From the NCBI RefSeq assembly GCF_037042905.1, contig NC_087249.1:9302001-9366000 (forward strand): a stretch of 64,000 bases of DNA. The letters run 5' to 3'. Position numbers and translations under genes: made by a program. Shown in pieces: positions 27,670-39,397 of the stretch (its first letter is position 1; each line of letters starts with the position of its first letter). The stretch is from Lytechinus pictus (taxonomy: Eukaryota). The notes under the pieces are model-generated. The model saw only the letters and a list, made by a program, of their open reading frames with translations. It made no database searches and had not been told where the DNA came from.

Positions 27670-27839
27670 TAATACCTCGGTCACATTTGCTCTACGGCCG
27701 CCGTATACTGCGAGTCGAAAACAGTCGTTTTATTAATTTTAATTCAAACCACCTATATGTAGCTGGTATAAAAAATGTTAAAACGGCTGTTTTCGACTCG
27801 CCGTACGGCCGCCGTAGAGCAAATGTGACCGAGGTATTA
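27670..27839. mobile_element. Young fold-back MITE (Harbinger-like)
   Basis: About 60-bp nearly perfect arms TAATACCTCGGTCACATTTGCTCTACGGC... / ...GTAGAGCAAATGTGACCGAGGTATTA. Confidence 0.9.
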
Positions 27840-28103
27840 GAGAGGAAGGAGGAGGGAGAGAGAGAAAAAGAGAGAGATACAATCAGAGAAATTATATTAG
27901 AGTTGGGCGATTTGGGTTACCCAATACTCTGGACCAGTTTTTAACAATGATTGTCTTAAGTCAAATGCTTCTTCAAAGAACCAACATCAAAATGTTGATA
28001 ATTATAATCTCAAAATGGAAGCAATATACACTCAGATCCCGCGACAAGGTAACTTTTCTTCACCAAAAGAATCTTTCTTTTTTTTTCTTTATACAGGACA
28101 TGA

Positions 28104-28790
28104 TTTTTGTCTCATGCACCTGCATAGCAGAATGAGACTCTAGGCGCCGCTTTTCCGACGGCGGCGGCGTCAACATCAAATCTTAACCGAAGGTTAAGTT
28201 TTTGAAATGACAGCATGACTTAGAAAGTATATGAACCTAGTTCATGAAACTTGGACATAAGGATAATCAATTATTACCAAACATTCTGCCTGAGTTTCAG
28301 GTCATATGACCAAGATCAAAGGTCATTTAGGGTCAATGAACTTAGACCATGTTGGGGGAATCAACATCAAAATCTTAACCTATAAGGATAAGGTTTTTTT
28401 AATTTCCTCTTTCGCCGGAAAGTATATTGATCTATATCATAAAATCTGGCCATAAAGATAATCAAGTATCACTGAACATCCTGTGCAAGGTCATTTAAGA
28501 TCAATGAACTTTGGCCATGTTGGAGGTAATTATTAAATTGCTGTCATAACTTTCAAAGTTTATGGATATAGTTTATGAAATGTGGACATAGGGGTAATCA
28601 AGTATCACTGACAAGTCTTAGGTCACAATCATGATCAAGGTCAAATATCATTTAGGGTCAATGAACGTAGTATTGTATCATTATATGAATGTTTTTTGTG
28701 TGAATAATTATTTTTAGTAGTTTTCAAAGTCAGCACTGCTGCTACATTGAATCACGTAATGCAGGCGAGACTGCCAGATGCGCTCCACTG
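28104..28790 (+). mobile_element. Non-autonomous Helentron/DINE-like element with internal tandem repeats
   Basis: T-run start, subterminal inverted pair GTCTCATGCACCTGC (28109-28123) / GCAGGCGAGAC (28761-28771), a short GGC microsatellite, and three ~160-170 bp units each containing CATAAGGATAATCAA-like and GGTCATTTAGGGTCAATGAAC-like words. Confidence 0.65.
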
Positions 28791-30819
28791 ATTTAAAAAA
28801 AAATCCTGGAAAATGTCAAGAGGACTAACAAAGCATTGAGCCTATCAGATTGTAGATGATAAAAATCGAAATTTGTCCGAAGTTACGCCGACAGTATTAT
28901 GAAAATATCGGTATTAAAGCTTTATTGAAAGCTATATAATAAGAGATATAATGCGCAAAGGATGAAGACGGGACAGGCAGATTCGCTGTTTGGAACTTGT
29001 GAATCACTTGGTTACCTTGAAATCACTCATAATAATCACTCTCTTTGATGGGTTCGATCCGAATAGCTCTTATTCACTCAACCATCCAGCTCTATTGTGA
29101 CGTTACAAAGCATGACGGGGGGAACAAAAGACCAAATTCTCCCACGGTGGTGACGAACAATAGCTCCCGTACAATCGCCATTCCTGGGGCTTGTCTATTA
29201 CATGGAGGCCTGTGATCGTTTTCTGCACTGCAGTCATACAAACTTGAGAGAAAGTTTAATATTATGTGTTGCGCACTTAAAAAAATCTTTTCGTGAATTT
29301 CGCAAATCTTCGCAAAGTAGAGCGATGGAAGATGTGGTGATGATGATGACGTTCAAGGTGATTTGTTTTTTCTGGGATGATATATATATAATTATATATA
29401 TATATATTATTTACTCTTAGCTCTTTATGCGCCTTGAGCACTCTACAGAGTGGATTTGGCACTTTACAAGTCACATTATTATTATTATTGTAATTGTTAT
29501 TATCTATAATTAAGTCTTTATTGAGAATATAACAGCATCATCATTCCACACTAAATGATAAATAAAGAGAATTACAACCATACATAATAATGAACATTAA
29601 GTGCATAAAGGGTATAGATAGAGAATGTTCAAAAGTCAAACCTATATTTACGAAAATGAGCAGAAATTTTAGCTTTCTTTTTAGCGATGTTGTATCAATA
29701 TCTTTGTTACTCGTAAGTAAGGTTTAAAGCAAAAGGTAGATTAAATAGATTAAATATTTCAACGATAGAAAAATGTATGAGATTAGAGAGTCATTATTGG
29801 TTTACAAACTGATGTTGAACAATAATGGAAGATGTACGTATGAGCATTTACTTTGGAAATCATCAATCTTGGTCGTGGAAAATACGTACAGTTCAACGAA
29901 ATCTTCCCTGAGCAGACAAGAAAGAAACCATTAATGTGATTAATGTTAACTTTAACCAAACTGTCACGTGTCATCACTACTGTTGTCCAACCATATCGAA
30001 AATAAAAAATAATCAAATGAAATCGAAATTGAAAAGGTTTTATTATCATTGCACTTCGCAGCCAAAAAGTCTGAATTATGTACAATTTACAGGTACTTTA
30101 TTATATAGCAGTACAACTGGTTAAAAAACATCAAACGTGAAATAACTCAATATAAAGACTGAATGTGCATGCATACTAAAAGGAAAGGGTAAAGTAAGGA
30201 ACTAAAATCGGGAAAGTGATGGTGGTGTTTCTGTGGGAATAATAAAAAAAACATGTATTTCCCATTCCCCGACCAAGGCATAATATCGTGAAGAAAACAA
30301 CTAATAATATCCTTTCCGTCAAATAGGCAAAAACTTAAACGAATGAAAAATACAACAAACTAGTTTGCATGTGGAAAAATAATTACATGTAACCAAGAAG
30401 GACATAATGGAGAGAAAGGTATACTAATTATAAGGAAAATTTTTACTGGGGCGTATAATCATGAGATATATTTATTTGGAAATCTACAGATTTAATGTTG
30501 ACAGACTTTATTGATATTCAACACATTTATTTCAGTTTGTTTCCCACGCTTCCACAAGATCAAGAGAAACTTTCTCATGCATGGCCGTGAAATAATTACA
30601 AATCGTTAAGATTCGTTCAAAGTCCAATTTGGGGGCTAGTTGCGAAATTTAGTATTTCAGGTATAAATACACCAAATCTATTGGCAAAATTGGGTCGGCC
30701 AATTCATTTATGTTGAGTAGATTAATGAAATAGGTTTTTTCGTGAGACAATCCTCGCAATAACAGGATTGAATTTAATTCTAACATTAATTTGAGTACCT
30801 TATATTTGAGTACTTTGTA

Positions 30820-31031
30820 CACTCTAAAAACAAATCCGTCAAAAATGACTAGTTAATTGGGTCAGCTGGGTGCAACTGTTATTCTAGTCATGTTTGATTA
30901 TTTTCTAGTCGTATTTTACTAGAATTGAATTATTTCAGACTATTATGTCAGAAATGTGACTAGACAATCAGTTGCACCCAGCTGACTACAAGTCTAGTCA
31001 GTTTTACTGATTTGCTTTAAGAATAAGAGTG
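30820..31031. mobile_element. MITE (CACTCT terminus)
   Basis: CACTCTAAAAAC...GTCAGCTGGGTGCAACTG / CAGTTGCACCCAGCTGAC...AGAGTG inverted arms. Confidence 0.8.
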
Positions 31032-31501
31032 TAGACCTACTGAAAAATATTTTTTTTCATCAGTACCTGCATATCTATACCTTATCAATATTTTGATTAA
31101 ATTGTACATACAATTCAATTTTCAATTCAATTTATTTTTCATTCTTCAACATAATACAAAAAATTACATGATAAATTAATTCAATTTAAATAAAAGCATG
31201 AACAAAATTCAACATTGAATAAATAATATACATATTCAATAAGTGATTCAAATAAAATTAACATGCATGTCAAATTTAAATCAATATGATCAGTATAATT
31301 AAATATAATTAAATCAATATAATCATATATCATGAGAAGAATGGAGGGGTCCACTGAAAAGCAAAGCTTGTAAAATGTGTACCCCTCAAAAAGTTAGGAT
31401 AGAAAGAATATTGAAATATACGTAAAGGAATACATGAAGATAACGAAAAGGGCAAAAAAAAATCTTATATACAGGATTGTGAAATTCAGAGACAAATGAC
31501 A

Positions 31502-31937
31502 TTAGCGCGTTTTCGCCCAGCGTCGTACGACGTAGAACGTAAGGGTCGTGTGCAAAAATCGCCAACTTCCATGGAAACAGAGGCCCGAGCGTTCTTGAGC
31601 TCAAATCACGGACGGTTCTTCCGCAAATTAGCGGGCGTCCGCATTAGAACGTAGGATTTGTCAACAGCCGTCAACAGCCAATCAGATCGCTTGTAGAGCG
31701 AGCAAGCTGAGCCGATCAAATCGAGCGCGCGCCGACAGCCAGTTCATAGAGCGCGGGCGCGGGATTTTCCCTAGTAGTGGTGACGTCATGCAGTCTACGT
31801 ACTTCCGGTCGATCCGGCCGCGTTCAGCGATTTGCGAAACTGCTTACAAGCGAGAGTTGAGCGCGACGGACGCACGAACCAAGAGATCGTTCTACGTCGT
31901 AGATAGCGTCGTACGACGCTGGGCGAAAACGCGCTAA
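31502..31937. mobile_element. GC-rich MITE nested in the LINE 3' UTR
   Basis: Perfect TIRs TTAGCGCGTTTTCGCCCAGCGTCGTACGACG / CGTCGTACGACGCTGGGCGAAAACGCGCTAA. Confidence 0.9.
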
Positions 31938-32344
31938 TAACACGACACAACACAACACAGGTACATGAGGGTGGACAATAGTATACGATGACAACTGCCT
32001 AGAATATAGAAAGAAAAATAGAGATAGGGAGAGGGATGCAAAGCTAATCTGCTGCATATGTATTATGTCTACACATACATACACATCATGTACATATATA
32101 TACACACATATATATATATACATACATATAAACACATACACACACTTAAATACGGACATACACACATACACTCATACACATATATAATATAAAAAGTAGA
32201 ATATAATGTATAGACAAGCTATAACTTTTGTATTTTAAATCTTATGTCTAACTGGAAAAAATATGTCATGTTCTGTATAAACATAGATAATAGACTAGCG
32301 ATAAAAGATACAAAATTTTAGTTTAGAATAATAAACATAATTCA

Positions 32345-33343
32345 TTAAGACTTTAGGAGCATAACTTTTAGTTTGTTTTTAAAGGACAGTAAAGAATGGG
32401 CGTCTTTAATCTCATCGTCAAGGGAATTCCAAAATCTTGGACCTGTATATAAGTAAGTATTTTGTGCTAGAAGCGTTCTAAGAAGGGGCAAGTGATATTC
32501 ATTTGACTGCCTGGTGGGATAGTTATGGAGGGATTGGTTTCGGGGAAACATGGAATCAAATATGCGTGGCAACGAATTATTTTTATATTTAAACATGAAT
32601 TGACCTAATTGAAACAAATATAATTTTTTTATTTTCATGATTTTATGTTTCACAAACAATGGATCTGTATGAGAACGAACTGGTGCATTACATATAATTC
32701 GGAGTGTTTTCTTTTGTAAAATTAATATTTTGTCCACTAAAGAATTGTGGGTATTACCCCAAGCTAATATTCCATAATTAAGGTAAGGTAAAATCAAAGA
32801 GGAGTATAACATGAGTAATGTGACGGAAGGAAAATAGTGTTTTAACTTATTAATTACACCAATATTACGAGATAATATTTTGCTCACATTAAGAACGTGG
32901 GGTTTCCAAGAAAGTTTATTATCAACTATAATTCCTAAAAATTTAATTTGGGAAACACATTGTAAAGGTGTATCATCAAAGATGATGTCAGAAGGTAAAG
33001 ATTCAATAGAATGACTAAATATCATATATTTGGTTTTGTTTAAATTAAGAGATAGTTTATTGGCACGTATCCATTGAGTCAAATTTAGCAATTCCAAATT
33101 CATAATCTGAACTAGGGTGTGAGGGTTTTTGTGAGCAAAAAATACATTGGAATCATCTGCAAAAAGAATAAACGAAAGAATGTCAGATGATCTGTGAAAA
33201 TCGTTAATGTAAATAATGAATAAAAGAGGCCCTAATATACTACCTTGTGGGACACCACAATTAATGTCATGTTGATCAGAGATGTGATTATTTAAATAAA
33301 CATATTGTTTTCTTTCTTTAAGGTAATTCCTGAACCACTCCAA
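32345..33343 (-). CDS. LINE ORF2 fragment: reverse transcriptase C-terminal half (no true start; frame continues to ~33383)
   Basis: GVPQGSILGPLLFIIYINDF, FADDS, LSLNLNKTKYMIF, KFLGIIVDNKLSWKPH, HNYPTR and GPRFWNSL motifs typical of CR1/L2-group ORF2. Confidence 0.93.
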   Translation of the reverse strand: MEWFRNYLKERKQYVYLNNHISDQHDINCGVPQGSILGPLLFIIYINDFHRSSDILSFILFADDSNVFFAHKNPHTLVQIMNLELLNLTQWIRANKLSLNLNKTKYMIFSHSIESLPSDIIFDDTPLQCVSQIKFLGIIVDNKLSWKPHVLNVSKILSRNIGVINKLKHYFPSVTLLMLYSSLILPYLNYGILAWGNTHNSLVDKILILQKKTLRIICNAPVRSHTDPLFVKHKIMKIKKLYLFQLGQFMFKYKNNSLPRIFDSMFPRNQSLHNYPTRQSNEYHLPLLRTLLAQNTYLYTGPRFWNSLDDEIKDAHSLLSFKNKLKVMLLKS

Positions 33344-34110
33344 GGCAATTCCACGTATTCCATAATGAGAAAGTTTGTAAAATACATGACTTTATGACAA
33401 CCTTACTAAAAGCATACTGTTATCAAAGTGTAAATTTTACACGAGATTATAATAATATGGAATAAAAACAAATACAACAAAAAATAACTACCATTTTTAA
33501 TTCTATAAAACAGATCTGCCTGGCTGGAGAAAAAAAACAATTGCATCGCTTATTCCACATCTGCATTAGATGTAAATAGTGGCGTCTCGTTAGGCACATC
33601 ACGTGGTCTTATCAAGAGTCACGTGACTGGCAAACCCCGTCACGCCATTTGGCTGTGATACGAATGGATGGCAGGCAGATATGCACCAAACCTTCTGGAA
33701 GAGTCACGAAATTCTACTTGAAACCGAACATGGGATAACCTATAAGCATTATAAGACTGCAATCAAAATAATGTCACTTATTAACCCTCATTTCGAAATA
33801 GTCTGCTATTAATAATATATATGTCATTAAAACAGAATGGATTTCATTTTTGTATTTTTTTTCTTTATTTTGTAGCTTGGTATCCTAATTAAAAGATAGT
33901 CAGATAATTCAAATACATTGTCTTCGGCAACTCGGGATGCATGGTCAGACGAGAACATGTAACTTAACACTGGATAAACTTGGTGCGGTCTCCGTAAGAC
34001 CGAATGATGGTACTGCTTTGCTCTGCAATATAACGCAGTGGATTCAATCCTTTCTGACAAACAAGTAAGTCGAAAAACGGAGGGAAGATGGGAGCAAGAA
34101 AGAAATGAAA

Positions 34111-35830
34111 ATGATTTTTTAAAAATCATTCTTTTGCATCTGATCCAATGTAAATTGTTTCATGATGCCAACTCATCCCCAAAGCACGATCCACTGCTCT
34201 GCCAGAGCACCAGATTTGCAGATGAGATCCATCCGCATGATCGGTGTCTATATTTGGTGTGCGTCATGACAATTATAAATCGGGCACACCTCTGGCAACG
34301 CCCCCAAGACATTTTGAGCCATTCTTTTAGATCAAGTTGGAACTCGTTTCGATTTGCAAATGGTTTGTCTAGACGCCAGAGGCTCAGGTTTAGGAGAGGA
34401 TGAGATTTCAGTCGGAGTGATGAGATAGCTGATTGGACAGGGTCACCAAATGCCATTGTAGGGCATTTACGCAATCCCTAAGCAGACGCTTTCTATAACA
34501 CAGAGAATCTTTTGTCAAAAGCCCTTCAATGACAAAACAGCCTTTGTCGAAAATCGGTGAATCAAAACAGCAGTGTCGTCCTGGATTCTGGACAAACGAC
34601 ATTTGCAATTTTTCGTGCGGTCCGAATCTGCGGATGATCTGCTGTCCCAGTCCACCAACTATTTTTGACAAAAACTTCTCAGCTCTCCATCAAAACCACG
34701 GGCAGAACATGGATAATCTGTTCATTAATGACATTCATCGGGTTTTGAGATATTAGACGGGATTAACATTCTCAAAGGACACGTTGTTATGATTTCAAGT
34801 TTGAAATTCATCGGGTTTGTAAACAATCAATCATTAACCTGGTAACAATCGCCATTCGTCTCCATTGGCTCTTGATGTATCCAGCATGAGGGACACACAC
34901 TCGCTCAAAACATTCACATATCAAAAATTAAACAATTTTTCCCAGAAATTATTAATATGTCATTTAATAATCTTTCTGCATGTATAATGGCCAGGATGAA
35001 GTCTTGTATGTTTCCATCCAAAGTGACATTGCCAGAGATTCAATTTGCCCACTCTGGTTTTCGGTTTTACCAATTTATCCCAGGCCTTGGCAAATTGACA
35101 GTCTTGACAGTGAAGATATTCTTGGCAAGCCCTCTCTACTGTCGAGACTAATTGATCATCAAAATGTCAGACAATAGTTTCTAAGATGTTCCCGACTGAT
35201 GCCTGGGACCTGCTTTCTCTTACCATCATCAATTCTATTTGAGTTATGAATTTGACGTTTTAGTACTCACGCCCATTCTCAGAAATGGTATCTGCCAATA
35301 TTAATGTTTTTGGGAAAAAAAATTCTAGATGAAACAAATTTGAAAAATTTCACCTATAAGCTATACAATAGACTGAAACGTAGATCACAAGCTGTTCCTT
35401 TTCAACTTTGAAATGAAAGAAGGTATACGGGTATACAATCAATCCCCGCTAAAACCATTTCATCGAGGTTTAGATACCATCTTTGATAATATTCTAAGGT
35501 TTGCTGTGATATTCGTTTTATCTTCTGAAGTACGACGTCGCAGATGTCGTTGACCACTAAAATAAGTGCAAATTTGCGACCAAAATTAACCCAGGCAAAA
35601 TAACCAATGCGGTCTCCCACAACGACCGTGACGACAACAAACTCCGATCGAAAGTTTCCCACGAACGCATCCTGAATCCGTTTCCATGGCGACCAACGTC
35701 TGATTACGAACCTTAGCATGTTGAACCCAGTCACATGACTTTCTACAAGGCATGAGAACTTGACTCGGTGCCAGTCCGCGTTGTCCTGCCTCGTATTGCA
35801 TAAGGTATGCCTGGAATTCAAAGCTTACAT
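34111..35830 (+). pseudogene. Probable decayed leucine-rich-repeat receptor-like gene
   Basis: Scattered LRR-like peptides across frames, broken by stops and frameshifts: ADAFYNTENLLS (34482), SSLKFIGFVNNQ (~34795), EIINMSFNNLS (~34945), GLGKLTVLTV (~35083), LIIKMSDNSF*DVP (35152), GIQSIPAKT (~35430), then a Thr-rich stretch (~35610-35650). Confidence 0.4.
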
Positions 35831-36237
35831 CTTATGTTACCTTTCAGTTCATCGGGAGAATATAGGGGAGGAGTGTCATGTTGTCATTATTTTTGTTGTT
35901 GGTCTTGAACTCGAGACTCGGGTATAACTTTCAGCGATTTTATGGAAAACAATGAGCCCCTTCATATACAATGATCTTGAATTTGGCTTTGTGGGATTCA
36001 GTGGGAATACATGATGATGGTGATGATGATGTTGATTACGATGATGATGGTGATGATGATGACGATGGTGCATGATTATTAAAAAGTTCACCCAGTGATG
36101 GTGATGATGATGATATAAGGAGGAGAAGAATGAGGTGTATTTAATAGCTGGTAAAGACAATGATAATGATGACATCTTTTATTTTTAAGTAACAGAATAA
36201 TCAAGGATGGAGATGGGATGATGACAGTATAAATGTA

Positions 36238-37150
36238 ATTGATTGATTGATTGATTTTATTTGTCAGGTAACTATGAACAAGTACAAGAATATATGAACA
36301 GAAGTGTATACCTTGACAGGATAACCCATGAAAGCCGAGATGGCTTATTTCCAATGGGGTCCTTACATCAGTAATTGAAGACAATGTACATCTATGAAAA
36401 AAACACCTATAGAAATCTACAAACTACGTCAATTAAGTCTAGACCACTAAATTAACACGATGAATTGTGAAACTTAATATATAAAAAGACAAAAGCAAAT
36501 AAGTTTGCCATGAAAAACACGCAGTCAACAAAATATGATTAAAATAATTGTAAAACAGGTTGAGTAAACGATCATTACTTCTAAGTTACATATGAGAATT
36601 ATACTAATAATCAATTTTTAGGTAGCGGTAAATGCATCGTAACTAATACAAGATTCATGAATCGTAAAACCTAAGATATGAAAAAGTACAAATAAGTTTG
36701 ACATCAAACTTTCACGCAAACAACAAAAGATGATGAAACAATGTAAAACAAGTTGATTAAAAAAAATCATATCTAAATAGTTATATATAAGACTACAATA
36801 TTTAACATTACAGAGTGGGGACATTTTTTAAGTGTTGTTTCAATACTTTTAAATTGTGAAAAAGTCTTAACCGATTTAACATGATTAGGGAGGGAATTCC
36901 AAAAATGTATACCTTTATAATAAAATGTGTTACCAATTACCAAGGTACAACAAAGTTAAACAGACTATTTCTTGTTTCATGCCCGTGAATATTAGATGAC
37001 CGTGTAAAATGTTTTGATATGTAATGATATTCGTTTGAATAGAAAATTTTATGAACATGGTGAAGTATAAGTTGTTGCGACCTCAAGTCTATGCGAAGAA
37101 GGCCAGCTTTTTCGATTTCATTCTTCCCAACATGTGTTCTTGGGTGTATA
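36238..37150 (-). mobile_element. Second LINE 3' fragment (decayed ORF2 C-terminus, 3' UTR, (ATCA)n tail)
   Basis: Minus-strand peptide HPRTHVG...HFTRSSNIHGHETRNS, then after a frameshift TFYYKGIHFWNSLPNHVKS. Tail AATAAAATCAATCAATCAATC ends near 36238. Confidence 0.8.
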
Positions 37151-37182
37151 CACCCAAGAACACATGTTGGGAAGAATGAAAT
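37115..37182. repeat. Perfect 68-bp palindrome
   Basis: ATTTCATTCTTCCCAACATGTGTTCTTGGGTGTA followed directly by its exact reverse complement. Confidence 0.97.
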
Positions 37183-39070
37183 AAGCACGTAATAAATCTA
37201 ACAATCTTATTTTGAATAATTATAAAAAAAATTTTGACAACAACGATCATGATGAAGAGGCGGGTGGTGATGGGAATTCAAATTATGATAATTACAATTC
37301 ATAAAAATTATGGTGACAGAATCATGGTTGTAATGGCTTATCTAGAAGGGTTGCGTTGCCTTGCGGTGCGGTACTGTGCGTTTAAACCCAACATGTACAT
37401 ATTTATATTCTTCGTAACAATTTGATTTTTGTATGAATTAATGTTTATGGAAAAATGTTTTGAAATGTAGGAAAATAAATATTTATTTGAATTGAATTGA
37501 AAAAACATAACGCAACCCTTATAAATGGAAAGCCCACCCCCCCCCCCCCGCTTGTTTCGAAAGGTTGCGTCAACGCGCCAATCCCGCAACCATTCAGGAC
37601 AGGCAGAGTTGGGGGTGGGGCTTTTCAGCAGGCGTTGATGAGTACAAATTACTGACTGCATTTTTTTCTATCAGGATAATGTCTCTATTCAAATGAGATA
37701 CAAGTGACAATTTGTACATGATTAAAAATACAGGAATTTATAGTCTGATCATAATGATTCCGAATCTTGGGATTAAATGGAACTTGAATCATGACTTTAA
37801 ACAGCAGCCATGATGGTAATCACATCAGATGATTGGATGACCTCGTCTAACCCCGGCCGAGGAGTGGCACTGGAATTATGTTGAGAGATATGTTCCAGGA
37901 ATGTCATGTATCCTTAGTCCATGATGATGTTCTGAAAAACTAAATCGGACCCATCGCATCGTTACACATTATTACCATGAAATTGTGCAATGCTTGGCCT
38001 AACGTTTTGATAAATTATTGTTTATCATCTAAGTTTGTTTCGAAACATATTTGGCACAGACTTTCGTTTTGTTCTATAAGTTTAATATAAAATATCACAT
38101 ACAAAACAAATATATCAACTTCAAGAGAAATGTTTTCGACAGATTTCTGAAAAACAAGGCGTGATGAAACATGGTGAAATTCTAGTAAGTTCCCTTTTAG
38201 TGGTCCTGACAATCCATGACACGTTTATATCCATTTACGAAAAATAAGTGCAACACGGTCGGTAGGTCCATAGTTGAATGAAGTTGCTTAGCACTGACAC
38301 GTATGATGGAGAGGGTGGCGGGGGGGGGGGGGGGGGGGGCTGCTGTTGGGTATAGGTGTTGAATGGGGGGGGGGGGGTATAGAAACATAGAAACGCATCG
38401 GGTGTTCTGTATGAAAGGGTTTATCAATTACTTGCTTATCTTGCACCCATTATTTTGCATCCATTTATTTCCATGTTTTCAGGTTGTATCCAGATAATCT
38501 TTGTTGAGGAGCTATTTTTATTTATTTTTGTGGGGGTAGGCTTCGTTGAGTTTTATAAATTTCCATATTAAAAAGTTAAGGTGAAAGAGGGGGGGGGGGC
38601 AACGAGTGCTGTGTCATGACACCCTTGTCTTCCGTAACCTTCAGACGAGGGTTAATTTTTTATGATAATTTCTTTCTCAGGGGGTGTCCGCCCCCGCTCC
38701 AACCCCCCCCCCCCTTCACCCACAAACTAAGTATATATGGATACGCTCCATCCAGAAGAATAGATCTTGTATCCCTGTCTCCTGAGATGAGAATACTGAA
38801 CAACCTTTAATTGACCATGTTGACAAGAGATGCGAAACCATCTCCTAGCTTGATATGTAATGGTGCAAAGTCGACGAATTATTCATTCTATTGACGTCAC
38901 ATATTTACATACCATTAAAGTTGAAATACCGATCTATATCACGAAGCATCGCCCAGTCAACCAGAATATTACAATACTACTCGAACTATCATGCTTCGAC
39001 AGGAATATTGTATTTTGAAATAATTCTAGTTGAATATAATACAAAAGATATGGGCCTAGAGATGTATATA

Positions 39071-39397
39071 AGCCCGTATTCTGAACTCGGGTTTAAATCA
39101 AACCCTGGTTTAAAGTTCTGGTTTAACTATGGAGAGCCAATTTTGGAGCACAAATCCTTTACAGTACACATTCAATTTATTAACTCATATGACACCCAAA
39201 TTGTTCATAATTGTCTTGGAATGAGAACTGAAGTATTTTTCCCGGGTATTTTTTCTTCGTTATGAAAGCAAAATGAAACAAAATAGTAAACATAAAACAT
39301 ATACAATATAAACAGAATTTTTCAATTTTTGGCTCCCCATAATTTAGCACAGAGTTAGACCGTGGTCTAAGTTAAACATGACTTCAGAATACGGGCC
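39071..39397. mobile_element. Harbinger-like MITE
   Basis: TIRs AGCCCGTATTCTGAA / TTCAGAATACGGGCC; ATA on both flanks. Confidence 0.8.

Larger units (their letters stand above)
31111..33383 (-). mobile_element. 5'-truncated non-LTR retrotransposon (CR1/L2-group LINE) with 3' UTR and (ATTGA)n-like tail
   Basis: RT-coding segment at 32345-33383, then an AT-rich 3' UTR ending in AAATAAATTGAATTGAAAATTGAATTG on the minus strand near 31111. A similar 3' end lies on the plus strand at ~27040-27170. Confidence 0.8.

Noticed and set aside
35402..35821. 139-aa minus-strand ORF as a gene
   Set aside because: No ATG start or recognisable domain; better explained as the antisense shadow of the plus-strand relic.
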